DNA from: Octopus vulgaris
Taxonomy: Eukaryota
Length of the DNA: 64,000 bases
Reading direction: 5' to 3'
Assembly: GCA_951406725.2 (NCBI GenBank)
Contig: OX597815.1
Span: 27,528,001 to 27,592,000 of the forward strand
The translations under genes were made by a program, and so were the position numbers. The notes under the pieces were generated by a model that saw only the letters and a list, made by a program, of their open reading frames with translations, had not been told where the DNA came from and did no database searches. This document shows, in pieces, positions 28,010-40,838 of this stretch. Each line of letters begins with the position of its first letter. Within the stretch, counting starts at the first letter, position 1.

Positions 28010-28411
28010 CTCTTTTTACTCTTTTACTTGTTTCAGTCATTTGGCTGCGGCCATGCTGGAGCACTGCCTTTAGTCAAGCAACTCGACCCCAGGACTTATT
28101 CTTTGTAAGCCCAGTACTTATTCTATCGGTCTCCTTTGCAGAACTGTTAAGTTACGGGGACATAAACACACCAGCATCGGTTGTCAAGCGATGTTGGGGG
28201 GACAAACACAGACACATAAACACACAAACACACACACACACATATATATACGACGGGCTTCTTTCACTTTCTGTCTACCAAATCCACTCACAAGGCTTTG
28301 GTCGGCCTGAGGCTATAGTAGAAGACACTTGCCCAAAGTGCCACGCAGTGGGACTGAACCCAGAACCATGTGGTTAGTAAGCAAGCTACTTACCACACAG
28401 CCACTCCTACA

Positions 28412-28413
<2 letters not shown>
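28010..28413 (-). mobile_element. SINE family A, full length
   Basis: High identity to the other copies. Confidence 0.9.
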
Positions 28414-28461
<48 letters not shown>

Positions 28462-29110
28462 AGTAATATTCATAGCCACTTTAACATGGCTGTCCATGTG
28501 AGTAGGTTTGGCAAATGGAAACTGAAAAAAAGGTCTTTGTATATGTTTACACACATACACTCACATTTAAATGTGTATTAAAGTACACTGAATGTGTTTT
28601 GAGCAGCAGGGTGAGATTACTAAGGTTGTTATTTATTCTGCAGATAAAAAAAAAAAGATTGACTTGTTTGGTTTCAAACTTAATTAGATTTCTTATCGAA
28701 AGTCACCTACCCACCACTTCTTCTTTCAACAGTGGGGTATAGAAATGTTGTAGATATTTATAATCGGTAAATCATTTGATCTGGTTTATATAATTGTGCA
28801 TTACTGACCTCATATTCAAATAATTAATTATTACTAGCAGAGATATCTGGCATTGCTTGGGATTAAAATAACACAGTTTTATTTCATTTCTGTCATTTGA
28901 CTGTGGCCATGCTGAAGCACTGCCTATAGTCAAAAAAATCAACCCCAGAATTTATTCTTTGGTAACCCTATTACTTATTGTATCAGTTTGCTTTGCCAAA
29001 CGGCTAAGTTACAGAGACACAGCAACATCAGTTGTCAAGCGATGGTGGGGGTACAAACACACACACACACACACACACACATAAATATATATATATATAT
29101 ATACGTAAAC

Positions 29111-29148
<38 letters not shown>

Positions 29149-29769
29149 GTAAACATGTATATACATATGTATATACATATATATATATACACATATACAT
29201 GTATGTGTGTGTGTATGTATATATATATATATAGTTAATCCAAACAAGAAAACACAGAAAAAAAGAGAAAAAAACACAGCAACGCAGGACGTGGAATAAT
29301 TAAAGTATTATTGACGCTCAGGAAAGAAGGGTTTATATATATATATATATATGCATGCATACATGTGATATAATAGTGTCAGTATTGATAATTTCATTAT
29401 GTATATATTATATATGTATTGAAAATATTAATAGTTTTACTATTAAAACTGTAGGTATTATCTCACATTACAGTAGAGATGTTATTGTTTCACTGAAATA
29501 GCGTAGAAGATAAGATATTGCTCCAGGCTCACATTAGGCAAGAAGTTGAAAATTTTTTGGGGCCCATGACACTCTATGGCATGTGTAAAATTTGAATGAA
29601 ATCAGTTGGGTAGTTCTCGAGTTTTAGTGATGCACATAGACAGACAGACAGACACATTCTAAGTTTTATATATATAGATTGCACTGTGTATTATGGTAAA
29701 CATGTTTCTTTTTGTTTTTCTTCTTTTATTTTTATTCTTTTTAGCTGACACTCTTTCAGTCTCTTATTG

Positions 29770-31003
29770 TTGACCTGCACCTCCAGCAATATTATCTATT
29801 GCATCTCTTGCTCTCTCTGCAATTCCTTGTACATCGGACAAACGGGACGCCGCTTGGCTGACCGGTTCGCGGAACACCTTCGTGACATCCACCTTGCGAA
29901 CGACACACCGGTCTCACGCCATTTCCGCTCCACCGGTCACTCCTTGCAACACCTATCTGTGTTCGGTTTGTCCTTACACAGAGGCCATCCGGATTCCCGC
30001 TTGCGCCGTGAACAGGAATTAATCTTCTCTCTTCGCTCTTATACGCCATTTGGTCTCAACTCTCCCCCCTCCTCATCTAACCCCCCTCTCCCCCCTCCTC
30101 ATCTAACCCCCTCTCCCCCCTCCTCACCTATCCTTTCTCCCCCGACCCCTACTTCTTCAGTCCTTCATCCTTTCACCCCTACTCCCCTTCCCTTCTTCCC
30201 TCTTTCTCCCTCCCTCTTCCCCTTCCCTCTGCTCCCCACTCCCTCTCTCCCCTTCTCTCTCCCCCTCTCCCTCTTTCCTCCTTCATCCCCCTCATCCCCT
30301 TCCTTCTCCCCCATCCTCTCCTCTCCCCCTTCTCCCCCTCTTCTCCCCCTCCCCCTCTTCTCCTCACTACACCACATGACTTTACACATCACATCACATA
30401 TGATGTGCCATACTAATACACACACCAACTAATACATACTAATACGTACTAATACATACTAGTACATACTAATACTTACACCAACCCTATACATACACAC
30501 GTCCAGACCCCGCATACGCACTTATACTCTCTCTCACACACACACACACACCTATACATACCAATACGTACTAATACATACTAATACATACTAATACATA
30601 CACCAACCCCATACATACGCACGTCCAGACCAATCTTACGCACTAATACTCTCTCATACACACACACACACACACACCCTATACATACTAATACATACAC
30701 CAACCCTATACATACACACATCCAGACCCCTCCCACGCACTTTTAGCTGGTCCCTCAACCCATTTATCAACCCTATTATCTCCCCTTATTTCGCTCTCGC
30801 GTCTCATGTTTGATCATTTATATGATAGATCGGTAGCCACTACACACATTTTTTTCTCTCCTTGTTTTTTTCTGTGTCCCTTTCTGTAGAAGAGCGTAGG
30901 CTCGAAACATAAAAGATTTTTTCAATTCCTGAGTGTTATACTAATACATCTGTTTGTTTTCTACACCATCTGTCTTCGTCTTTTGTTTTTTCATGAACTC
31001 TCC
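29770..31003 (+). mobile_element. 5'-truncated Penelope-like retroelement: GIY-YIG endonuclease C-terminus plus terminal repeat region
   Basis: TCTSSNIIYCISCSLCNSLYIGQTGRRLADRFAEH...VSRHFRSTGH...REQELIFSLRSYTPFGLN is a typical PLE endonuclease. CpG-rich; followed by a CT-rich tract, internal tandem duplications (30410-30740), a hammerhead-like motif (30880-30915) and (TA)n. Confidence 0.9.
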
Positions 31004-31435
31004 CTATATATATATATATATATATACTAGCTGGTGTACCTGGTAATTCCCAGGGGTAAAGATGTTCTGTTTAAATGCCTTATTTAAGCACCTTATTACT
31101 CTGATATAAAAAAGCAATTTTGTTATAACTGCCACAAAAGGTGTATTTTCCATCGTGAAATAGTACAAAAAACTGTCAGCTGGAGGAGGGAGAGATTGTC
31201 GGAGGTTGGCGAGGGAGAGGCATCTTTGTTCTAAAATTTCAGTCTTGCAGGGCTTCGTGATACGCAATGTTTTTGGTTTTGCCATTGGGTGCATAGATGA
31301 GTAAATTTTCCAGATTTCCAACTCTAGAGCATCCGGCATAGAGCTATCCGTGAGAAAAAGCAGGATAGGGACACACTTATTAAATACATTCTGGAATCAA
31401 AAATTTATCTACTGTTATCAAAAAAATTAACTGGA
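30936..31435 (+). repeat. 500-bp block apparently identical to 32728-33227
   Basis: Direct comparison; gives the duplicated ORFs 31004-31339 and 32796-33131. Confidence 0.95.
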
Positions 31436-31528
31436 CATAGACAGACAGACAGACACATTCTAAGTTTTATATATATAGATTGCACTGTGTATTATGGTAA
31501 ACATGTTTCTTTTTGTTTTTCTTCTTTT

Positions 31529-31963
31529 ATTACAGCAACATGTATATAACTGTTTAGATATTGTGGTAGAATAGATGAAGAATAATTGTTTGATTTAGTA
31601 AATATCAAACATGATGAATCAGAGACTTACTTGAGATCGCTGTTGTCGCATTAGAGCAGCTTGTGAAGTAGAAGTACCCACCTGTACTTTTACTTATCAT
31701 GGCATTTTAAAAGTTAACTTTATCAAGGCTAATATATTAAAGCTAATATATAAATGTATGAATGAAGTCTTTAAGGTTTAAGATTCAAATAAAGAAAGTG
31801 TAATAATAAGGTTTAGCCGTTCAAAACTGTGAGTAGTGAAATGCAGAATACGCTGATCGTGAGAATCAAATATTTATCGCTTCACTAAAAGCTGACAATT
31901 GTAAGTGCAGGTGCTATGGGTTATTTCCTTTGGGTGTTTAAATAAAATATATTAATTATATGT
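31529..31963 (+). repeat. 435-bp block near-identical to 33365-33799
   Basis: One mismatch seen (CATGATGAATC vs CATGAGGAATC). Confidence 0.95.
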
Positions 31964-32817
31964 TAGACTGTTTAGTGCAATGATAGTTTATTGAATAAGC
32001 TGCCAGTTAGGCACTATTTATGCAAATCAGAATGGCTAATATACAGAAACTGCTACATTTAGTGATTTTAAAGCTATTTCATTAGAGGAGGTAAAAACTG
32101 GTCATATCTGTATAGTGGTGTTTATCTCAAATGTTTGTGAACTGTTTGGACACAGCCCCTTTTTTTTTGACAAAACCAATAGAAAGATATTTGCTTACAT
32201 CTTTTCTTTATTAACAATGAAGAAGGGCAAATAACTCAAGGTTTAGCTTAATGCATACACATTTAAATTATCCATATATAATATTTAGTATAGTAATAAT
32301 TATTTAGCACACACATATATTCCATAACAGTTTATTGTCTTCCTTAGTTATTTGTGTTTAGCTAAGCTTTAGTTAAGCTTCATTCATCCTTGACAAAATT
32401 TGAATTATAGCAGCATAAGTCATTAAGCATCTGTTCGAATTAGCTCTGTATCACTATCATTTAGCAATTTTCATACAGAAATATAATAAATACTTATACA
32501 TTTGATGGTGTGTGAACTATGAAGATAAGCAAGTGAAATGCCAGTAAAAAATATAATTTATAGGCTCAGCTGTGGCTGTGTGGTAAGAAGTTTACTTCCC
32601 AACCACATGGTTCTAGGTTTGGTCCCACTGTGTGGCACCTTCAGCAAGTGTTTTCTACTATAGCTTTCAGCCGACCAAAGCTTTCTGAATGGATTTGATA
32701 GACAGAAACTGAAAGAAAACCATCATATTATACTAATACATCTGTTTGTTTTCTACACCATCTGTCTTCGTCTTTTGTTTTTTCATGAACTCTCCCTATA
32801 TATATATATATATATAT

Positions 32818-33965
32818 ACTAGCTGGTGTACCTGGTAATTCCCAGGGGTAAAGATGTTCTGTTTAAATGCCTTATTTAAGCACCTTATTACTCTGATATA
32901 AAAAAGCAATTTTGTTATAACTGCCACAAAAGGTGTATTTTCCATCGTGAAATAGTACAAAAAACTGTCAGCTGGAGGAGGGAGAGATTGTCGGAGGTTG
33001 GCGAGGGAGAGGCATCTTTGTTCTAAAATTTCAGTCTTGCAGGGCTTCGTGATACGCAATGTTTTTGGTTTTGCCATTGGGTGCATAGATGAGTAAATTT
33101 TCCAGATTTCCAACTCTAGAGCATCCGGCATAGAGCTATCCGTGAGAAAAAGCAGGATAGGGACACACTTATTAAATACATTCTGGAATCAAAAATTTAT
33201 CTACTGTTATCAAAAAAATTAACTGGAAAAAGGCAGAATTATTTGAGTTATGGGCATTCAAAGTGTAATCAAATTTAATTGAATGCATTTCAATTGCATG
33301 CGTTGCCAGCATTTAGTTATTTGAAGATGTTGAAAAAATGTCTATTAATGCAATGTCTGAATTAATTACAGCAACATGTATATAACTGTTTAGATATTGT
33401 GGTAGAATAGATGAAGAATAATTGTTTGATTTAGTAAATATCAAACATGAGGAATCAGAGACTTACTTGAGATCGCTGTTGTCGCATTAGAGCAGCTTGT
33501 GAAGTAGAAGTACCCACCTGTACTTTTACTTATCATGGCATTTTAAAAGTTAACTTTATCAAGGCTAATATATTAAAGCTAATATATAAATGTATGAATG
33601 AAGTCTTTAAGGTTTAAGATTCAAATAAAGAAAGTGTAATAATAAGGTTTAGCCGTTCAAAACTGTGAGTAGTGAAATGCAGAATACGCTGATCGTGAGA
33701 ATCAAATATTTATCGCTTCACTAAAAGCTGACAATTGTAAGTGCAGGTGCTATGGGTTATTTCCTTTGGGTGTTTAAATAAAATATATTAATTATATGTA
33801 GTAGATATAAGGATCTTTTCCAGGGGCCCTATTATCGATTTTTTTCAACAATCTAAGTATTGTCACGAGGTTTCCAGACATAAGTTCTATTCATGTGTCA
33901 AGTTTCATCGAAATCAATAAAACTCAACAAACACATCCACAGACTGAATTTCCCATATATGTAGT
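32818..33965 (+). mobile_element. Possible non-autonomous Helitron/Helentron-like element
   Basis: Starts ACTAGCTGGTGTACCTGG...CCAGGG; ends with AAGTTTCATCGAAATC...ACATCCACAGAC, similar in layout to 61010-61404. Confidence 0.35.
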
Positions 33966-34583
33966 GTGTGTGTGTTGCTATTTCATTAGAGGAGGTTGAT
34001 GATTGTTAATCATAGATGATTGTTTATCATTTTCAGATGATTTGAAACTCTTTAGGTATGTGAACTGAAACACTTTGCTTAGTATGTTGATAAAACCAAT
34101 AGAAATGTCTGCTAAATGAACTTAAGATCTATGATTCAATGAAGGTTTATACAATATCTACCTCTCAACTTCATCAATAGTTCATTTATTCAACATTCCT
34201 TTTCTTTGGAATTGTTTGTTACTAGCCTACCAACTACAGTAACTTTTCTTGTTTAATATTGTCTGATGGTAACTTGAAGTAAGTTACAAATCCACATACT
34301 AATGGTCAAGGCTCTCGTAGTTTATTCATTTAGCAATTTTCATACAGAAATATAATAAATACTTTACATTTGATGTTGTGAACTATAAAATCAATATATT
34401 GACCTGATTTTTACAAAAATCTCATTTATGGCTCAACTGTGGTGTGTGGTCTCAACAGTTTACTTCAACCACATTTTAGGTTTGGTCCCACTGTGTGGCA
34501 CCTTAAAGTTTTTCTATATTATTTATTATTAAAGCTTTTAATGGATTTATAATATAAATGAAAGAAAACCATCATATATATAT

Positions 34584-34657
34584 ATAAGAATTTTTTTTGC
34601 GTAATAAGATAAAAAACCAAGGCTGTATAGATATTAGAGCATTTATAGATAGAAGGT

Positions 34658-34661
<4 letters not shown>
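34584..34661 (-). mobile_element. Short tail copy of the hammerhead-bearing element at 49560-49916
   Basis: Reverse complement matches 49839-49916; flanked by (TA)n. Confidence 0.85.
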
Positions 34662-34698
<37 letters not shown>

Positions 34699-35009
34699 GA
34701 GTGTGTGTGTCTTTGCCCCTATCCCTACTTGACAACCGATGTTGGTATGCTTATGTCCCTGTAACTTAGTAGTTTGGCAAAAGAGACCAATAGAATAAGT
34801 ACCAGGTTTTTAAAATATTAAGTACTGGGGTCAATTTCTTCAAGTAAAAGTTCTTTGAGATGGTGCTCCAGCATGGCTGCAGATTAATGACAGAAACAAA
34901 TAAAAGATAAAGGTAACTATTTTAACTCAGAATCTTACTGTCCAATATTTGAAGATATGGGAAAATACAATATAAATTTCATCCTTTTAGAAACATGATC
35001 CATATTCCT

Positions 35010-35198
35010 TTCTACTATAGGCACAAAGGGGATAGTCGATTACATTGACCCCCAGTAATCAGCTGGTACTTTATTTATCGACCCCGCAAGGATGAAAGGC
35101 AAAGTCGACCTTGGCAGAATTTGAACTCAGAACATAGCAGACAAATACCATTAAGCATTTCGCCTGGCGTGCTTAACGTTTCTGCCAGCTCGCCACCT
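35010..35198 (-). mobile_element. SINE family C
   Basis: Homologous to 60341-60567. Confidence 0.85.
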
Positions 35199-35792
35199 TA
35201 GAAGCATGATCCATATTGTAAAGAGATGGGTATAGCCTTTTAATCCTGCTCTTTTGTAGTAGGTTCTTCACCTGATACCAAATAAAACATTCTATTACAA
35301 AATGGAAGTAATACCTATTTACTTATTCTCCTATAATATGCACATAAGTGCAGGTATGGTTGTGTTTTTGAGAGGTTTGCTTTGCAACTGTTTGGTTCCT
35401 GGTTCAATTCTGATGAATGGCGTTTTGGGCATGTTCTGTGAATGGAATTTGGTAGATGGAAGTAGGGCAGAAGGCCATAATTTATGTGTGTCTAAAATCA
35501 GTGTTGTTGCTTGTGTTGTGCTTCTGTGTCTCATAATTATTTATTATATAATTAACCTGCCACATTCTGCTAATGTTGGCCATTGTATCTGAGGTTCCTC
35601 TTTATTGAAAGTAAATGCTTCCAAACTACAAGGAACATTTACGGTGCTTAACTTAGGCTCCCATGCATTAAGAGAAAAAGGGATAAATTTCACCCAGGAT
35701 TTTATTTTATTTCATCTAGTTTCAGCTCACGAGCTGTGGCCATGCTGGGGATTGATGATTGTTAATCATAGATGATTGTTTATCATTTTCAG

Positions 35793-35811
35793 ATGATTTG
35801 AAACTCTTTAG
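35793..35811 (+). other. Candidate 19-nt micro-exon
   Basis: ttatcattttcAG|ATGATTTGAAACTCTTTAG|GTATGT; both splice sites near consensus. Confidence 0.3.
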
Positions 35812-36311
35812 GTATGTGAACTGAAACACTTTGCTTAGTATGCTACTCAAATATGCAACAGAATATATCTGCTGCAGAATTGAACTTAAGATCTATGAGC
35901 TGACAGGTTTATACAATATCTACCTCTGAATGAAGCCTTTTCTCAAAAATAAGTTCATTTACACAACATTCCTACTTTGGAATTGAACTCAAGAAAAACA
36001 AGCTGATGAGCCATTACAGTATCTATTTGGCTACTTCTGCTTAATAAGAATATCTGTTGGAAGCAGCTGAATATATATTATGCCAATATAATATATTCAT
36101 ATATCCTTATATATAATAAAGACTTTTCTTAAGAAGTTACAATTTTGGATATTTGTAAATTAAAATCAATATATTGACCTGATTTTCTACAATGTAAATC
36201 TCATTTATTGTTTCTCAACTGGGTTCGGTCTCAACATTCAGCCAGATTTTAATTTTATGGATGAGGTTCTTCTAGCAACTGCTGCTTTAGAAGAGTTAAA
36301 GTTTTTTTTTT

Positions 36312-36368
<57 letters not shown>

Positions 36369-36499
36369 AATATAAATAATAAAAGACAGACAGGTAAGAA
36401 ATTCTGAAATGATTTTGTAGAAAGTGAAATTTTCATATTTAAGAGCAATGATATAGAAATATGAACATTTAGGTTGATAGACAATTAGGCACTAAAGCT

Positions 36500-36708
36500 C
36501 AACTCTTTAGCATTTAAACTGGCCATATCCAGCCCAAGTATTCTACCTGTTTTATGCTCTGGCCTCTCACATCTACCCTACAGTGTTGTTCTAAAAATAA
36601 ACAATCATATCATCAAAATTTTAAAGCAATGAGATAATGTATGATTAATTTAAAATGCTGTGAATAAATATTACATTTGACAGGATGGTCTGAATGCTAA
36701 AGAGTTAA
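36500..36708. mobile_element. piggyBac-like MITE copy
   Basis: CTTTAGCATTTAAACTGGCC...GAATGCTAAAGAGTTAA. Confidence 0.75.
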
Positions 36709-37752
36709 AGAACTTTATCAGATGTTTGGAATGCTGGTTTTTCAATTTGTTGCAGTCTTGGAAGATACTGAACTGATTAAATATTTAACATTTTGTTCAT
36801 ATATTCCTGAGTTAGGAAAATTATTCAAATGCAAAATCTGTTTCCTAGTAGCCCAAGCTCCTGTATCATTAGTTAAAAGTGTTCATAGCCATAATCTTGT
36901 CTAATCCATGGTAAATATGGTGATAATAGTTTAATGTTGTTACTGTTTAGCCATGATATCAATCAACCTAACTGAGTAGAATCTTTACTCAAGACGTCCG
37001 AGCCATAACCATTCTGTCTGTTTTTTAGATAATGTATCCAGAACTATTCATCGAAATTGTATGCTTTTTTTCTATAAGAGTAATGGAAGAACAACAAGAC
37101 ATGAGGGATTATTGAGTTTTCTTGGAGGTTGGGAGTTGCTTTTTCGAGGCTCCATCTGTTATTATCTTGAACATGAAACTTTAAGTTATTCTGCTTTGTC
37201 ATGCTAATTAACCATAACAACTTAATTAGATCAAACTCACCTTGTATTAATTCAAATGATTTAACCTTTACTGAACCATGAAAAAATTCAGGGTCCAAGT
37301 ATTTATTATATAATTAACCTCAGCCCTTCTCTTGTTGGCCATTGTATCCTCAAGGCAATAACAGTTAGTGGAAATTTAAGACAGGAATGCCTCTGGGTTA
37401 GAAGATTCATCAAGTCAAGTAAACATGCAGTCATGGCAGATAGCATCTCAACTAATCTTTTCACACACCATTACATCTCTCTTCTAATTGGCATTATTAC
37501 AACAGCAGTATGAAACCATGCATTTATCAGACTGGAGTCTGGTTCAGCCTCCCAACTTATCAACCCTGATTTGAATCAACCCATGCCAGCATGAATAATA
37601 GATGCATAAATAGATTGTAATTTATCGAAATTCATATTTTATCTAAATTTTCCCTGTAGAATTTTTGTTTTCTTTTATGTCATGCAATTATAGGAATTGC
37701 TTTAGCGAACAACAGTTTTGGTTTATAAGAATAATGATAATGAGATTTTATA

Positions 37753-37765
37753 ATATATATGTATG

Positions 37766-37817
<52 letters not shown>

Positions 37818-37818
37818 C

Positions 37819-37855
<37 letters not shown>

Positions 37856-37944
37856 CATATATATGTATGTACATATGTATATATATGTATGTATATATGT
37901 ATGTATACATGTATGTGTGTATATATATATGTATATATGTATGC

Positions 37945-37981
<37 letters not shown>

Positions 37982-38099
37982 CATATATATGTATGTACAT
38001 ATGTATATATATGTATGTATATATGTATGTATACATGTATGTGTGTATATATATATGTATATATGTATGTATATATATGTGTGTATATATATATGTATG

Positions 38100-38181
<82 letters not shown>

Positions 38182-38426
38182 TGTGTATATATATATGTGT
38201 ATATATATATGTTTATATATGTTTATATATATATGTGTATGTATATATATGTGTATATATATATGTATGTATATATATGTGTATATATATATGTATGTAT
38301 ATATATATGTATATGTAAATGTATATATATGTATATGTATGTATATATATATTTATATGTATGTATGCATATATATATGTATGTATGTACATATGCATGT
38401 ATGTATATATGTGCGTACATGTATGA

Positions 38427-38460
<34 letters not shown>

Positions 38461-38470
38461 ATGCATAGTA
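37753..38470. repeat. Long (TA)/(TATG) compound microsatellite
   Basis: Direct inspection. Confidence 0.98.
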
Positions 38471-39135
38471 TGCATGTCTATTTCAGAATGTGTGAACATA
38501 TTAACTAGATTAGATATATAATTATCTGTTATTTAATGTAGTTATAAATGCCATTAAATTAAATTTTAAATAAGAAGTAAAAAATTAACAGGAAATTACA
38601 TGTTTCCTAGATTTGCAATGAAGTATTTTCCCCTCACACGCTATATTTATATTTGTTTATTTCTATTTTTCTATTGACATTCATGTATTTGATTACATTT
38701 TCCTTCTATCTGTTAAACTGAAGAAGAAAGTCGTTGCTCGTAGCTTTTCTAGATCTTTCTAGTTTCTATAATAGGGATTAACCAGGTGAAGTTTGTGTTG
38801 TTGTTAAAATATATTCATTTGAATTGTTTCAGATTAGAACGAAAAAAAAAACGAAACAGGCAAGAGGGGTTTTGATAGAGATTTAGCTCTGGCGAAGAAG
38901 GATTGAGAAAACATGTTCAATATAGAGTTCTGGTGGGAGCGCTATAAGAGTAATGGAAGAACAACAAGACATGGGATTATTGAGTTTTTGGTGGGAGGGG
39001 AGGAGTTGCTTTTTTTTTCTTTTGTAGTTGTTGTTTACTTCAAGTCAGCTCTGATCTAGCAAGCCTATGACAAAATCATTCCAGCTGTAACCAACCCATC
39101 TTACATTAAGATCTTGTGTATCTAGGGGATATGAT

Positions 39136-39705
39136 TTAACCCTTTAGCATTTAAACCATGAAAAATTCAGGGTACAAGTAGGGGTTCACCAAGGATCGGT
39201 CCTCAGCCCCCTCTTGTTCGTGATAATCCTCAAGGCAATAACAGAGAAATTTAAGACAGGATGCCTCTGGGTTAGAAGATTCATCAAGTCAAGAAAAATT
39301 GCAGTCATGGCAGATACCAGTGGCATGTAAAAGCACCCATTACATTCTCTGAGTGGTTGGCATTAGGAAGGGCACCCAGCAGTAGAAACCATGCCAAATC
39401 AGACTGGAGTCTGGTTCAGCCTCCCAACTTATCAACCCTGATCAAACCGTCCAACCCATGCCAGCATGAATAATAGATGCTAAATGATGATGATGATGAT
39501 ATCAGGCCCAAATATTCCTCCTTGTTTTATGTTCAAACTGGCCAGATCTTGCCTCTCACACCTATTCTACAATGTCATTCTAAAAATGAACACTATCATC
39601 ACCAAAATCTCAAAGCTATAAGATAATGAATGCATGGTTAATTCAAAACAATGTTAACAAATAAGCATTACATTTGACAGAGTAATCTGAATACTAAAGG
39701 TTTAA
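39136..39705. mobile_element. piggyBac-like MITE interrupted by an RT fragment (39165-39270) and a family B tail
   Basis: TTAACCCTTTAGCATT start; insert reads KFRVQVGVHQGSVLSPLLFVIILKAITEKFKTGC; the MITE resumes near 39500. Confidence 0.75.
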
Positions 39706-40534
39706 AGGAAGGTTTGACTGTTGTTTCTAGCAGATCAAGCCACCATCTAGACTCCTTGTTGTCTTGTAAACGGGAGTTTAATTGTTGGAGAGATGGAGTG
39801 CTAACATAGCTTAATATTGAACCATTGGTTGTTGCATATTACTTGTAGTGCGTCAATAGTTTAAATGCCTTGTTCCAATAGGGATGTCAGGTTTATGAGG
39901 AAGCAAAGAAAGAATCGTGGCAAAGTAGTTTGATTCCATTTCTCTTAGTTTGGCATTATAGATTAAATAGGAGACAGGTTAGAGAAACTGTTCTACACAA
40001 ACTGTTCAATTTACATTTGCAATGAAAAATTGATGTTTAATTGATTTTGTTGATGATGAAGAAACTGAAACAAATGAATTGATTTTCAATACGCATATTT
40101 AATTATAAAGGTGTTAAAAATGATTGTTCAGTTACTGAACATAATATGAAATTTTAGAATTCAATAATCTTTATATTAGAGATCCTATATTTGAAATACT
40201 CCAGATTCTAGTCAACTGGCAAGTATTATTTTGTTGTCTTTGTTTATATAATTACTCCTGTTCCTTCAAATTTTGTTTTTGTGAGTCTAAAAGTTTTATT
40301 TCCATTACAACCATGTTTCTGCCTAATGTCATTTCTATTATTCATTACAGTATTTCTCAAAGGCCCTATCCCAAATATGGCTATGTGTATGTGTAGGCAT
40401 AGCTGTGTGGTTAATAAGCTTGTTTTGCAACCATATGGTTTCAAATTCAGTTCCATTGTATCTTCTACTATAGCCGCAGGCCAACCAATGTCCTGTGAGT
40501 GAATTTGGCTGATGGAAACTGTGTGGAAGCCTAT

Positions 40535-40838
40535 TCATCATCATCATCATCGTTTAACGACCGCTTTCCATGCTAGCATGGGTTGGACGATTTTGACTGA
40601 GGGCTGGCAAACCAGATGGCCGCACCAGGCTCCAGTCTTGATCTGGCAGAGTTTCTACAGCTGGATGCCCTTCCTAACGCCAACCACTCCGAGAGTGTAG
40701 TGGGTGCTTTTTACGTGCCACCGGCACGGGGCCAGTCAGGCGGTACTGGCAATGACCTCGCTCGAATCTTTTTACACATGCCACCAGCACAGGTGCCAGT
40801 AAGGCGACGTTGGTAACGATCACGCTCGAATGGTGCCC
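40535..40838 (-). mobile_element. Retroposon family B
   Basis: Same conserved block; further copies at 18720-18862, 41718-41962, 48578-48760, 49917-50135 and 55708-55926. Confidence 0.85.

Noticed and set aside
31004-33131. Two identical 111-aa ORFs suggesting a gene duplication
   Set aside because: No recognisable domain, they run into (TA)n, and they lie inside the duplicated 500-bp block.
36003-36035. CTGATGA followed by a GCCA/TGGC stem, hammerhead-like
   Set aside because: No GAAA or stem III follows; the same holds for the motifs near 4044, 27701 (-) and 45473.
37665-38521. Long Y/I/M/C/V-rich ORFs (also near 4.1-4.8, 7.1-7.6, 18.5-19.0 and 47.4-47.9 kb)
   Set aside because: Translations of TA/CA microsatellites, open in several frames and on both strands.
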